Below are positions 1 through 10,122 of a stretch of 52,668 nt of DNA, piece by piece (position 1 is the stretch's first letter; each line of letters starts with the position of its first letter). The stretch comes from an uncultured Planctomycetia bacterium. GTDB taxonomy: Bacteria > Omnitrophota > Gorgyraeia > 2-02-FULL-51-18. Location of the stretch: the NCBI GenBank assembly GCA_964478015.1, contig CAYZGM010000004.1:1-52668 (forward strand), in the 5' to 3' direction. The notes under the pieces were generated by a model. The model was not told the origin of the DNA and made no database searches. It saw only the letters and a program-made list of their open reading frames with translations. The position numbers and the translations under genes are program-made.

Positions 1-99
1 CTCGCTCCAAAATCATCTCGGCCAGTGTGCCCATTAGTTGGTGAAAGGTCAGTAACACCCAATATGTCCAAACACCTCGCCCGGGTGAGCATCGATACC

Positions 100-600
100 T
101 CAGCTTTGTTTGACGGCAGCCGCGAGCTTGTCCAACTCCAAAGACTTTTGAGCGTATCTTTCTTTCAGTTGGGTGTACCATTCCGTCCACTCGGGATGAT
201 TAGCCATGAGCCATGACTCGATCATGGTCTCTATCTTTTCAAATGACGCGGAGGCCGACGAGGTCAGCGAAAATTTACGGGGCAAGGCGGATCGTTTGGC
301 GGGGCCGGATGGTTTCTCCGGCTCAATCGTCTTGGCCTTTTTTTTGGGCGAGGCCGAATAATAATTCAGGAAACGCCCCTTTTCGCGGTCTCCTTCTGAT
401 ACCTCCCGATCAAAAATCGATATTTCGGACTTAGGAACGTCCACCACCGAACCGTCTGTTTCAGAATCCAGGAGAATGCGCTTCTCATCCTCCGCCAGGA
501 TCTTGCCTCGCTTAGTTTGTCCGGACTTCATTTTTAAAATGTCGGCTTGAGCCGCGCCGCACCAGAGAAGCAGAAAAGCGATGGCGGCAATTCTTCTCAC
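100..600 (-). CDS. hypothetical secreted protein, no recognised family
   Basis: 166-aa ORF with a signal-peptide-like N-terminus (MRRIAAIAFLLLWCGAAQA). Its start overlaps the ppd stop by 4 nt (597-600), suggesting co-transcription with the phosphonate genes. The linker is Lys/Ser/Pro-rich. Confidence 0.6.
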   Translation of the reverse strand: MRRIAAIAFLLLWCGAAQADILKMKSGQTKRGKILAEDEKRILLDSETDGSVVDVPKSEISIFDREVSEGDREKGRFLNYYSASPKKKAKTIEPEKPSGPAKRSALPRKFSLTSSASASFEKIETMIESWLMANHPEWTEWYTQLKERYAQKSLELDKLAAAVKQS

Positions 601-1700
601 AAAGAAAGTCCCGCCATGAACCTCTGGGTGATCTCCGAAGAATCATGTTTGGAACTAATGCGCGGAATCCCGTCGCTCGGCATTCGGTTGATCTTGACGC
701 GAAGAAAAAATGGGCCCGGGCCTTTCAGCATCTGTTTGAACGCCATCTCAAGCTCCTCGGAACGACTTACTGTCCTGGCAGCCCGGTAACCGGCCCCCAA
801 AGCCATGGACGCGAGATCTGTCGTAGAGGAGGTTGTGTCCTGATTCCCGGTTGTCTCATAAGCCTCATTATCCAGGACAACGTGATAAAAATTTTTCGGC
901 CTATAGTGACCCACCGCGGACAACACCCCCAGATGCATCAAAAGCGCTCCGTCCCCGTCCAGCACAACAATGTTTTTCTCGGGACGCGCCATCGCCACGC
1001 CCAGACCAATAGACGGGGCATGTCCCATCGAACCCTGCATGTAAAAGTTCCGGCTCCTGTCACAAACGTTAAAAAGCTCTCGGGATGGTTTGCCGGTCGT
1101 GGCGATCACGTGCTCTTGGTCGGTCAGACAATCCGCGATGATCTTGATCGCTTCAATTCGTTTTAGAGGAAATAGCCCGGATGTTTTGGACGCAGGAACG
1201 TATTCCTCGAGCGTGTCCTTTCTCACAAGATAGAAATAGGGGCTCTTCTTGGAATCCATCAGGCCGCGCACATTTTCCAGACTTTTTTCAAAGGCCGTTA
1301 TCTCATGCGGCATTTCTTCGAATTGGACCCCCAGTGCAGTCAGCGCCGATTCCATGGAGCGTCCGATAACCTCATGCTGGGGCTCATCCTCCACCCCCCA
1401 GGCGCGGCCGCTCATAAAAACCAGGACCGGGATATGGTAAATCATATTGAGGGAGGTCAGCGGGTTCACGAGGTTCCCAAAACCTGAATTTTGAATCAAG
1501 AGAACGGTGGGCTTTCCTGCCATGGTCGCACCCGAGGCCAGCGCAAGCGCAGAACCCTCATTGGGCGCCATGGTGTATTGAAGTTCCTTGGAGTCCAGGA
1601 CACAGTGGATGGCTGCCTGAAAAAAAGAGCAGGGCACTCCGGTGAACCGGCAAAAGCCTCGTTTTTTGAGTGCGTTGACGAAATCCTTGGGACGGATCAC
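597..1700 (-). CDS. ppd: phosphonopyruvate decarboxylase (ThDP-dependent)
   Basis: 367 aa with an N-terminal FTGVPCS segment. It carries the ThDP-binding motif GDGALLMHLG...VVLDNEAY, typical of the phosphonopyruvate/sulfopyruvate decarboxylase family. It overlaps the upstream PEP mutase gene by 4 nt, which favours the phosphonopyruvate assignment. Confidence 0.85.
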   Translation of the reverse strand: MIRPKDFVNALKKRGFCRFTGVPCSFFQAAIHCVLDSKELQYTMAPNEGSALALASGATMAGKPTVLLIQNSGFGNLVNPLTSLNMIYHIPVLVFMSGRAWGVEDEPQHEVIGRSMESALTALGVQFEEMPHEITAFEKSLENVRGLMDSKKSPYFYLVRKDTLEEYVPASKTSGLFPLKRIEAIKIIADCLTDQEHVIATTGKPSRELFNVCDRSRNFYMQGSMGHAPSIGLGVAMARPEKNIVVLDGDGALLMHLGVLSAVGHYRPKNFYHVVLDNEAYETTGNQDTTSSTTDLASMALGAGYRAARTVSRSEELEMAFKQMLKGPGPFFLRVKINRMPSDGIPRISSKHDSSEITQRFMAGLSL

Positions 1701-3382
1701 GCGCCGGCGAGGTTCTTGGCGGGTTCCCGGAAAAAAGCATTCACTCGTTCAAGGTCCTCCAACGAGTGGATCTCAGACCAGCCGTGCTCAATTTCCATCC
1801 CGTGGACGACTTCACCGCCGTCGATCAAGTATTGGATCAGATCGTTGAAATCTGCTTTTTCGACACTTTCGGCTTCGTAGAAAGAACCCCGCTTGAATTG
1901 ATCCCGCGCCCGAGACCAAACTCTCTCCAGCTTTGCCCAGCCCTCCTCACGAATGAATGCCATGCCGATAAATTCATAATTTGCTTTCTGCTTGTCAAGC
2001 GCGCGCCCAATTTTCTGGATGGGCTTGAAGACCTGTTGTCCTAATTTACGGGCATGTCCCTCTTCCGAACCAGCCCCCGCTATGACGAGATCCAATTTCT
2101 TATCTCGCGGCGGAAGCGTGCGGTACGCGCGATCGATAACAAGCGTGATGTCATGCGGAGACAACAAGAGGTGTTCGACAATCTGGCGGTCAAAAATAAT
2201 ATCGGAGTAGACCACCACGAGCTTGCCTTTCACATGGCTGCGCGCCGCAAACAGAGAGTGCACGACACCCGTGGTTTCATGATCGGGATTCTTGAGAAGT
2301 TTTGCCTGTTCCAGCCGGATTAAGGACGAGGCATAGCCGCCTATCACCAAAATATCCGAGATTCCGCAGGAGCGCAGGGTGTCCATTTGCCGGTCAATCA
2401 GGGTTTTTCCTCCAATGGAAAGCATGCAAACCGGGCCGTTCTGCAAGGCCGGCCCGAGATCGGATCCGCTCCGTTGGCCGCCCGCTGCCGGGATCACGGC
2501 CTGAACGGTGTCTTTCCTCATGTACTTTTTTTCATCTTCTTTGAGGCGGTTCATCCCCTGGAGTTCGAACACCTCACGCATCGATGTAATCCCGGATTCC
2601 ACCGCTGCCGTGGACCCAGTTTCCATTATTTTCTCGAACACCTCATCCATCGCACGAATCGAGGCGCGAAGCCCCTGATTGGCATAGATCACCATGCGGA
2701 TGCCGTGCGAGGCTAATTCCTCCGCACTCACAGCATAAAATGTCGTCGGAATGACAATCACGGGAAGCGTGCCTTTGAACCGGCCCAAAAAATCGTAGAT
2801 CTCGTCGGGGGTGGAGGCCTTGGAGTGGATCACGAGTCCGTCGGCGCCGGCCTCCGCGTAGGCAGTGGCTCTCCGGAGCGTCTCTTCCATGCCCCATCCT
2901 GCGATCAAGGCCTCCACACGGGCAAACACCATGAAATCCGGGTCCACCTGGGCATTTTTGGCGGCCTCAATTTTTCCCATAAATTCTTCCACCGGCGCCA
3001 GCTCTTGTCTTCCGGGAATAAAACTGTTCACCTTGGGAAATAACTTGTCTTCAATGACCACTGCGGCGATGCCAGCGGCCTCGTATTTTTTGACCATGTG
3101 CCGGACGTTCGAAGCATTGCCATAACCCGTGTCGCAGTCACAGATAATCGGCAGATCCGTGGCATCATTGATCGCGGAGGCGACCTGGAGGTTTTCGGTC
3201 ATGGTCAGAATATTCGCATCCGGAAGAGCGTAGGAGGTCGAGATTTCAAGGCCGCTCGCCCAGACGCCGTCAAAGCGATTTTTTTCAATGAGTTTGGCCC
3301 CTAACCCATTGTGAGCTCCCATAATGCGAAGGATCGCCTTTTTTTGGAAAGATTGTCTCAGTTTGGAGGCCTTACTCTGCAT
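1697..3382 (-). CDS. pepM: phosphoenolpyruvate mutase fused to a C-terminal nucleotidyltransferase (cytidylyltransferase-like) domain
   Basis: 561 aa. The N-terminal ~290 aa have an isocitrate-lyase/PEP-mutase fold with the PepM-type EDKLFPKVNSF motif. The C-terminal ~260 aa begin with VIPAAGGQRSG, a glycine-rich NTP-binding loop of sugar/phosphobase nucleotidyltransferases. Confidence 0.85.
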   Translation of the reverse strand: MQSKASKLRQSFQKKAILRIMGAHNGLGAKLIEKNRFDGVWASGLEISTSYALPDANILTMTENLQVASAINDATDLPIICDCDTGYGNASNVRHMVKKYEAAGIAAVVIEDKLFPKVNSFIPGRQELAPVEEFMGKIEAAKNAQVDPDFMVFARVEALIAGWGMEETLRRATAYAEAGADGLVIHSKASTPDEIYDFLGRFKGTLPVIVIPTTFYAVSAEELASHGIRMVIYANQGLRASIRAMDEVFEKIMETGSTAAVESGITSMREVFELQGMNRLKEDEKKYMRKDTVQAVIPAAGGQRSGSDLGPALQNGPVCMLSIGGKTLIDRQMDTLRSCGISDILVIGGYASSLIRLEQAKLLKNPDHETTGVVHSLFAARSHVKGKLVVVYSDIIFDRQIVEHLLLSPHDITLVIDRAYRTLPPRDKKLDLVIAGAGSEEGHARKLGQQVFKPIQKIGRALDKQKANYEFIGMAFIREEGWAKLERVWSRARDQFKRGSFYEAESVEKADFNDLIQYLIDGGEVVHGMEIEHGWSEIHSLEDLERVNAFFREPAKNLAGA

Positions 3383-3411
3383 AGAGTTGAATCATATGCC
3401 AATGGATAATC

Positions 3412-5718
3412 TTAGTCAAGAATGACCCGACTTCCGTCCGAGCGGATCGAAATGGCTCCCAACCGGTTTGTTCTCAACACCTGGTTTCCTCGAATGCGGT
3501 CCAATAAATCCAGCGTTTTACCGGACGGGTGACCAAAAGGATTCCTTTCGCCGGAACTTATCAGGCTTAGGTGCGGGGACACGGCCTGCAGAAAGCGCTC
3601 TCCGGTCTCATCCATCTTCGCGCCATGATGCGGTACTTTGAGAATATCCGAATCGAGGTCCTGCCCGGACGCCAACAGTGATTCCATGGCTTTTTTCTGA
3701 ACATCGCCCGTCATGAGAAAAGAGACGTCCCCGTACAACAGCTTAAAGACCACCGATTCGTTGTTAATATTGGAATCCGGACTTTTCTCGAGTTCGGGGT
3801 GAAGAACCGAAATACAAATATCTCTGAATCCTTCAATCCCGCGGCCTCGCCCCACTCTCATCATGATGGCCTTTTCTTCGGCGATCTTTTTTTGGATTGT
3901 TTCCCACCGGGGCGACTCGTAGGCAAATCCGGCATGGAATACCTGTTTCACGCGGAAATCTTCCAGCACCGTCATAAGCCCCCCGACATGGTCCTCCTGC
4001 GGGTGCGAGATCACAACAGCATCCAACTCCCGAACTCCCTTGGACCTCAAAAAAGGGCTGAGAACCCAGCGACCCTTGTCAGAAAACCGCCCTGAGCCCG
4101 CATCCACCAAGAGATTGCCGCCTTTGGAAAACTGGAAATAGGCTGCGTCGCCCTGCCCCACATCCAGCTGAGTCATTTCAAATTTTCGAAAGAGGCCTCG
4201 ATGGACCTCCTGAAGCGCAAAAATATTCATGCAAAAAAATACCAGAATAAGCACCCGCAGGTCGCGCGACCTTAGGCGCGGCTCAAAAAAAATAGCGGTC
4301 ATCCCAAAAATAAGGAGCATCCAAAGCCAAGGTTCCAGACGCCCGACAACCCAAACAGATCCGGGGATATTTTCGATAAAAAAGAGCGTGTGCACGATGC
4401 ATGCAATAACAACCTTGATGGGCGCAATGACAGCTGGAGAGACGAACGGAAAAAAAATCGCCGTCAAGAAATAGGGCGCGCCAAATAAAAAAGGCAGAAA
4501 AGTCAGAGGGACCAAGATCATATTGGCCAAAAGCGCATAGGGCGTAACAAGGTAAAAATTTTGGACCGTGACCGGAAGCGTGATGAAAATGCATGCAAAG
4601 GAGACCCAGAAAAGCTCTTGGGCGGCGAAAAATATTTTCTCTAAAAGAGTCCGTTTCTCATGGGGTAAAGGAATTGGCCGTTTCAAAAAAATCGGAACCA
4701 CCGTGATGAGACCCAGCACCGCCACGAAAGAAAGCTGAAAACCTACGTCAAAAAGCTGCTTAGGATTGATGCCAAGGATCACGCAGGCCGCCAGGCCCAG
4801 GGTGTTAAGCCCGTCTGTTTTTCGCCCCAAGAATTTCCCAAGAAGAACGATTGTCGCCATCACCGCCGCTCGAGCAACAGGGGACTGCCACCCCACCAAT
4901 AAGCAATACGCCCAGACAGCTGCGAGAAGAACTCCGAGCTTGAGTTGCCTGGGGATCGGCAGAAAGCTCAAAAAGATCCAAAGAACCGCGAGAACAAAGC
5001 CGATGTTGAAACCGCTCACCGCCAAAAGATGCGTCGTCCCAGTTTTTAAGAAGAGATCCTTGAAATCTTGGTCAAGATCACTTCGCTCGCCGAGATAAAG
5101 CGCTTTTAGAAAAGCGGCGTCCCTGTCTCCAAAATCGGCCGAAATCCTATTCGAGATCATTTGTTTGCAACGAATGGCCTCGCGTACCAGAATATTCCCC
5201 TTTCCGTGGTCGAGGATCCGGAAGCGCGCCGTGCTCTGCGAAAAAAATGCCGCGTCCACATTCTGCCGATCCCAATACGCCCTTGAATCGAACCCCCCTG
5301 GATTTCGGCGGCCCGGAAAAGCCGCGAGGTCCCCCTCCAACACCAAAAGGTCGCCATAGGCTAGATCCCGGGGCGCATTTTTCCACGACACCCTTACGCG
5401 TCCGCGAAGAACGTCTCCTGCATGCTTAAGGTCGGGCCAAACACGCTCGGTCTCTAAAATAAAATAATAAGTTTTGTCTTCGCCGAACGTTTGGCGCATT
5501 TCGACCTCCGAACCGATCCTGCCTCCCAGAAAGTAGGATGTCGGCTCCTGTCCGATCCTGGATGCAATGCGTTCTTGAGACCTAAATTTGGGGGCGGGCG
5601 ACCATTGCCATAAAAAAATGGCTGCAGAAAGAATAAGAGACGCAAAAAAGAAAGGCCGGCGGCGCCAATCAACTTTCACGGACGGCCTCGGTGACAACGA
5701 CGCGCAGATGAACGGCAT
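3412..5718 (-). CDS. comEC: DNA internalisation-related competence protein ComEC/Rec2
   Basis: 768 aa. A polytopic membrane core is followed by a C-terminal metallo-beta-lactamase-like domain (VISHPQEDHVGG, KVPHHGA). Confidence 0.85.
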   Translation of the reverse strand: MPFICASLSPRPSVKVDWRRRPFFFASLILSAAIFLWQWSPAPKFRSQERIASRIGQEPTSYFLGGRIGSEVEMRQTFGEDKTYYFILETERVWPDLKHAGDVLRGRVRVSWKNAPRDLAYGDLLVLEGDLAAFPGRRNPGGFDSRAYWDRQNVDAAFFSQSTARFRILDHGKGNILVREAIRCKQMISNRISADFGDRDAAFLKALYLGERSDLDQDFKDLFLKTGTTHLLAVSGFNIGFVLAVLWIFLSFLPIPRQLKLGVLLAAVWAYCLLVGWQSPVARAAVMATIVLLGKFLGRKTDGLNTLGLAACVILGINPKQLFDVGFQLSFVAVLGLITVVPIFLKRPIPLPHEKRTLLEKIFFAAQELFWVSFACIFITLPVTVQNFYLVTPYALLANMILVPLTFLPFLFGAPYFLTAIFFPFVSPAVIAPIKVVIACIVHTLFFIENIPGSVWVVGRLEPWLWMLLIFGMTAIFFEPRLRSRDLRVLILVFFCMNIFALQEVHRGLFRKFEMTQLDVGQGDAAYFQFSKGGNLLVDAGSGRFSDKGRWVLSPFLRSKGVRELDAVVISHPQEDHVGGLMTVLEDFRVKQVFHAGFAYESPRWETIQKKIAEEKAIMMRVGRGRGIEGFRDICISVLHPELEKSPDSNINNESVVFKLLYGDVSFLMTGDVQKKAMESLLASGQDLDSDILKVPHHGAKMDETGERFLQAVSPHLSLISSGERNPFGHPSGKTLDLLDRIRGNQVLRTNRLGAISIRSDGSRVILD

Positions 5719-5818
5719 TCTTGTGTTTGATCCAAACGATGAGCAGGCAAAGAACGAGGAACGACCCCGCGAGCCCGAGGAGGACTCGGCGCTCGAAAGG
5801 AGTGATTCCCAACAAGTC

Positions 5819-8323
5819 TTAGCTCACCGCGAGGGTATAGATCTTTTTTGGGACGTACTTTTTTTGCGTGATCCGTTTTCCGGCAATGGCAGAAAGTACT
5901 TTTTCATCTTTCATCACCAATCGTTCCACCGCGGACTCCAAGGCGTCGGAGGCAACGCGGATCCTGGATTTCACCTTGCCGTTCACCATGACCGGGATCT
6001 CGATCACCTCGTCCGTGAGAAATTGCACGTCATACCGGGGCCATGGTTCATACGCCAACGAGCTCGTGTGACCGAGTTTGGCCCAAAGCTCTTCGGCTAG
6101 ATGCGGCGCCAACGGCGACAGGAGCAACACGAAAGTTTCAATCGCTTTTTTTGGCTTCACCGGCTCCTTGGCCAATTCATTGGATAGGATCATCAGCGAG
6201 GACACCGCCGTGTTGAATGCGAGACTCTCGATATCCTCCGTCACTTTTTTAACCGTACGGTTCAAGCTCTTCTTCAATTCATCACTGAGAGCCACGTCTT
6301 GGATTGCCCCGTCCAAATGCCCGCTCGAATCCACGGTCAGGCGCCACACCCTACCCAGAAAGCGATACACCCCATCCACCCCCTTCATGGACCAAGCCTT
6401 CATCTGGGTCAGGGGCCCCATGAACATTTCATAGAGACGGAGGCTGTCCGCCCCATAATCTTGGACCACCCTGTCAGGGTTGATGACATTGCCGCGTGAT
6501 TTTGACATTTTTTGTCCGTCCTCGCCGAGGATCATCCCCTGATTCACGAGCTTCATGAACGGCTCGGGCATCGAGACGAGTTTCAGGTCATAAAGCACTT
6601 TGTGCCAAAAGCGCGAATAGAGAAGGTGCAACACCGCATGTTCGGCTCCGCCCACATAGAGGTCAACAGGCATCCAATATTTTTCTTTTTTGGGATCGAC
6701 GAATTTTTCTTTATTCCTCGGGTCCAGATAACGCAAATAGTACCAGCACGAACCTGCCCACTGAGGCATGGTGTTGGTTTCGCGCTCGGCGGGTCCGCCG
6801 CATTTCGGGCATTTCGTCTGGACCCAATCCTTGGCCTTGGAGAGAGGCGCCTGCCTGCCGGCAGGCAGGGCTCCTGCACTTCCGCTCGGCTTGAAATCTT
6901 TCATGTCTGGCAATCGGATAGGCAGCTCTTTCTCCGGAACACGCACGCCTAAAGAACCCGACGAATCGCATTCTTTACAATGCACCACAGGGATAGGCTC
7001 GCCCCAGTAGCGCTGCCGCGAAAAGAGCCAGTCCCGAAGCTTATAATTTACGGTTTTTTTCCCGTAGCCCTTATTTTCCAGCCATTCCGTGATCTTTTCT
7101 TTGGCCTGCGCCGTGGGGAACCCCGTGATGATCCCGCTATTCACGCTGATGCCATGCGCCGAGAAAGCCTCCTTTGAAATGTCGCCGCCTTTCACCACTT
7201 CCACGATCTTGAGACCGAATTTTTTCGCAAATGCAAAATCCCGCTCATCGTGCGCGGGGACCGCCATGATGGCGCCTGTGCCATACGTCGACAGGACATA
7301 GTCCGCGATCCAGACAGGAATCTTTTCATTATTCACCGGATTCACCGCGTAGGCGCCGGTAAAAACGCCTGTCTTATCTTTTGCCAATTCCGCGCGCTCA
7401 AATTCGCTTTTCCTGGCCGCTTGCGTCTGATAGGCCACCACGGCCTTTTTTTGATCCGGGCTCGCGATCTTAGAAACGAGCGAATGTTCCGGCGAAAGCA
7501 CAAGATACGTGGCGCCGAAAAGTGTATCCGGCCTCGTCGTAAAAACTTGCACGTCGAGGCCGGATACATCCGCCGGCGCTTTAGTGGCGGATGTGCCAGA
7601 GGCTATCCTGAACGTCACCTGGGCCCCCTCGCTTCGGCCGATCCAATTTTTTTGCATTTCCTTGATGGAATCCGGCCAATCCACGAGCGTTAAGTCCTCA
7701 AGCAGCCGGTCCGCATAAGCCGTAATCTTGAGCATCCACTGCTTCATCGGGCGGCGGACCACAGGGTGTCCCCCGCGTTCGCTTTTTCCGTCCACCACCT
7801 CTTCGTTTGCTAAAACACAAGCCAGCGCCTCGCACCACCACACCGGGATCTCGGCCATGACGGCCAAACCCATTTCATGCAGTTTCAGGAATATCCACTG
7901 CGTCCACCGGACGTACTCAGGATCCGTTGTGTCCACCTCGCGGTCCCAGTCATAACTCAAACCGAGCTTTTGAATCTGTCCGCGAAACGTTTGGATGTTT
8001 TTTTGCGTCGTGACCGCTGGGTGGGTGCCGGTTTCAATGGCGTACTGCTCGGCGGGAAGACCAAAAGCATCCCAACCGATGGGGTGAAGCACGTGGAACC
8101 CTTGCATGCGCTTCATCCGGCAATAAATGTCGGTCGCCGTGTAACCCTCGGGATGCCCCACATGAAGTCCGGCTCCCGAGGGATAAGGGAACATATCCAA
8201 AACATAGAGCTTTTTCTTTCCAGCCGCTTCGGAGGGCTCGGGCGTCCGAAAAGTCTTATTCTGAAGCCAAACTTTTTGCCACTTGGGCTCTATTTCTAAA
8301 AATGGATACAACGGATCAGGCAT
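5819..8323 (-). CDS. leuS: leucine--tRNA ligase
   Basis: 834 aa with the class I HIGH motif (LHVGHPEGY), KMSKS (QKMSKSRGN) and the CP1 editing insertion. Confidence 0.97.
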   Translation of the reverse strand: MPDPLYPFLEIEPKWQKVWLQNKTFRTPEPSEAAGKKKLYVLDMFPYPSGAGLHVGHPEGYTATDIYCRMKRMQGFHVLHPIGWDAFGLPAEQYAIETGTHPAVTTQKNIQTFRGQIQKLGLSYDWDREVDTTDPEYVRWTQWIFLKLHEMGLAVMAEIPVWWCEALACVLANEEVVDGKSERGGHPVVRRPMKQWMLKITAYADRLLEDLTLVDWPDSIKEMQKNWIGRSEGAQVTFRIASGTSATKAPADVSGLDVQVFTTRPDTLFGATYLVLSPEHSLVSKIASPDQKKAVVAYQTQAARKSEFERAELAKDKTGVFTGAYAVNPVNNEKIPVWIADYVLSTYGTGAIMAVPAHDERDFAFAKKFGLKIVEVVKGGDISKEAFSAHGISVNSGIITGFPTAQAKEKITEWLENKGYGKKTVNYKLRDWLFSRQRYWGEPIPVVHCKECDSSGSLGVRVPEKELPIRLPDMKDFKPSGSAGALPAGRQAPLSKAKDWVQTKCPKCGGPAERETNTMPQWAGSCWYYLRYLDPRNKEKFVDPKKEKYWMPVDLYVGGAEHAVLHLLYSRFWHKVLYDLKLVSMPEPFMKLVNQGMILGEDGQKMSKSRGNVINPDRVVQDYGADSLRLYEMFMGPLTQMKAWSMKGVDGVYRFLGRVWRLTVDSSGHLDGAIQDVALSDELKKSLNRTVKKVTEDIESLAFNTAVSSLMILSNELAKEPVKPKKAIETFVLLLSPLAPHLAEELWAKLGHTSSLAYEPWPRYDVQFLTDEVIEIPVMVNGKVKSRIRVASDALESAVERLVMKDEKVLSAIAGKRITQKKYVPKKIYTLAVS

Positions 8324-8329
8324 GGCGAC

Positions 8330-8358
8330 ATTGTAGCCTATGCCCTAAGGGGATGCAA
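8330..8358 (-). promoter_or_regulatory. sigma70-type promoter abutting the leuS start codon
   Basis: Read on the minus strand: TTGCAT (8353-8358), a 17-nt spacer, then TACAAT (8330-8335). Only 6 nt (GTCGCC) separate the -10 hexamer from the leuS ATG at 8321-8323. Confidence 0.5.
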
Positions 8359-8571
8359 ACACTGGAAGCGTAAACATAACGTGGGGACACTGGCCACTCC
8401 CAGTCAAGCGTCACTGGCTTATAACCAAACAGCCCCGAATCCTCTCCTGGACCGCGGGTGGGGCTCTGGTGTGTTTTTTGCAAACCGCCCGGGAAGCGGC
8501 AAGACCGCGACTGTCTGAGCGCGGCCAAGCGCGTCCGCCATACAGCGTGGACGGATCCGCCGGCGCTAGAA

Positions 8572-10122
8572 TTAAATTCGGCTGTAGCCGCTGTTTTTGT
8601 GACGTTCTTTGAAAGCGAAAAGGATAAGAGCGGTAAGCAACCAGAAAAAAAGGTCTCCGAAGCGCGTGAAGAATGGCCGGCCTTTTCGAAGAACAATGTT
8701 TTGGGTCTGCTGGCCGGAGACCATGATCTCCTGGCCGTCTTTTTTCACGGAAGAGGTGACGCGTCCCTCAGCCGATATAAAACAGGAAAGACCGGTGTTC
8801 GTCGAGCGAATCACGGGCACCCGATTTTCGATGGCACGAAAGACGGAAGCTTGCGCGTGCTGATAGGGCGCCGAACTCTTTCCGAACCAGGCGTCATTCG
8901 TGATATTTACCAAAAAGTCCGCGCCATCGAGGCAAAGCCGGCGCACAAGTCCCGGAAAAATATCCTCGTAGCAGATCAACACACCGAACTTCGCCGCAAC
9001 CCGAATCTTTTGGTTCTTGTTCACGATCGAAAAGATCGTCTGCTCGGTGCCCGGGCTAAAACGGCCGATCGAAACAAAATGACGGATCACGCCCAGGATC
9101 GGTTCGAACGGCACGTACTCCCCAAAAGGCACCAGATGCACCTTCGAGTACCGGGCCAGCTCTTCCCCGTTGGGCGCGAACAACATAGCCGAATTATAAA
9201 ATCGCAGGCCTTTTTCCAAGTCGCCCTGAGTGGGCGCACCCACAAGAACGTGCGTACGTGATTGCCGCACCAAGGCCCTCAGGTGCGCAGCCATCATCAC
9301 CTCATCCTCCAGGTAACCAGGAAATGAGGTTTCGGGCCACACGATCAGGTCCGGCTTTTCCATCGCCGCCATCAACGTCAGCCGCTTGTATTTCTCGAAA
9401 ATGATGCTTTTGATCTTCGCATCCCATTTTTCTTCCTGCGGAATATTGCCCTGCACCACCGAAACACCGATCAACGCTTTCGGACCCTCGGAGAGATAGA
9501 ACCCCTCGCGCGAAGCCAGGCGCCACAGACCATACCCTGAGAGCGTACCCAAAACCATCACGAGCGTCAGAAAAGTTCTCCCCGTCTTTCCGGCCGATGC
9601 CATCCGGTACAGCATCACGTTCGCCCATAAAATGAAGAAAGAAATTCCGTGCGCGCCCACCGTGTCGGCGGCCTGGATAAAGGGCAGATTTTTCCACTGG
9701 GTATAGGCCAAAAGCGCCCAGGGAAAACCTCCGAAAAGGAAACCGCGCGCGTATTCGAGCAAAACCCAGATTGCGGCCACATAAAAAGTCGCACGGATTT
9801 TTCCGGAAAAAAAGAATGTGCCGCAGAAATAACCGAATAGACCAAAAAAAACGGCCAAATACGCCGCGAGGACCAAAAATCCGAACACATTGACATAGTT
9901 CAGCCAGTAGCCCAGAAAGGCGTGGTAGATCAGCCCAAAGAGAAAGCAGATCTTGAAGAGTTGAGAGGGCGTTTTTTCGCGGAACGTGAAAAAAAGAGGC
10001 ACAAAGGCAATGAATGCGACGGGCCAGCCGCTTCCGGTGTGGTACGGTAAACTGAGAAGTGCCGCGGAAATAAAAATAAAAAGAAAAACACCGACACGCT
10101 TTGCTCTCACAAACCGTGGCAC
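8572..10122 (-). CDS. lnt: apolipoprotein N-acyltransferase
   Basis: 516 aa with a GTG start. A multi-TM N-terminal half is followed by a CN-hydrolase domain with E/K/C triad contexts ([23 protein letters not shown]). It overlaps the secA 3' end by 16 nt. Confidence 0.9.
   Translation of the reverse strand: MPRFVRAKRVGVFLFIFISAALLSLPYHTGSGWPVAFIAFVPLFFTFREKTPSQLFKICFLFGLIYHAFLGYWLNYVNVFGFLVLAAYLAVFFGLFGYFCGTFFFSGKIRATFYVAAIWVLLEYARGFLFGGFPWALLAYTQWKNLPFIQAADTVGAHGISFFILWANVMLYRMASAGKTGRTFLTLVMVLGTLSGYGLWRLASREGFYLSEGPKALIGVSVVQGNIPQEEKWDAKIKSIIFEKYKRLTLMAAMEKPDLIVWPETSFPGYLEDEVMMAAHLRALVRQSRTHVLVGAPTQGDLEKGLRFYNSAMLFAPNGEELARYSKVHLVPFGEYVPFEPILGVIRHFVSIGRFSPGTEQTIFSIVNKNQKIRVAAKFGVLICYEDIFPGLVRRLCLDGADFLVNITNDAWFGKSSAPYQHAQASVFRAIENRVPVIRSTNTGLSCFISAEGRVTSSVKKDGQEIMVSGQQTQNIVLRKGRPFFTRFGDLFFWLLTALILFAFKERHKNSGYSRI

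Noticed and set aside
1-34. Possible 5' end of a further minus-strand gene running off the left edge (ATG at 32-34, MGTLAEMILER...), perhaps the missing phosphonate aminotransferase
   Set aside because: Only 11 codons are visible and no RBS is seen. There is no way to assign a family, so it is too little to call.
8316-8696. 126-aa minus-strand ORF spanning the lnt-leuS spacer. I also considered that 8359-8571 encodes SRP (4.5S) RNA or a T-box leader.
   Set aside because: The ORF runs through the leuS promoter and has no protein-like features. For SRP RNA, the GGGGCTCTGG/GGGGCTGTTTGG starts look superficially 4.5S-like, but the conserved domain IV elements (GGAA tetraloop with flanking AGCA/GGAA loops) are absent on both strands. 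For a T-box, the GGGTGG...ACCGCG elements occur in the wrong order. The region is kept only as an unexplained structured spacer.
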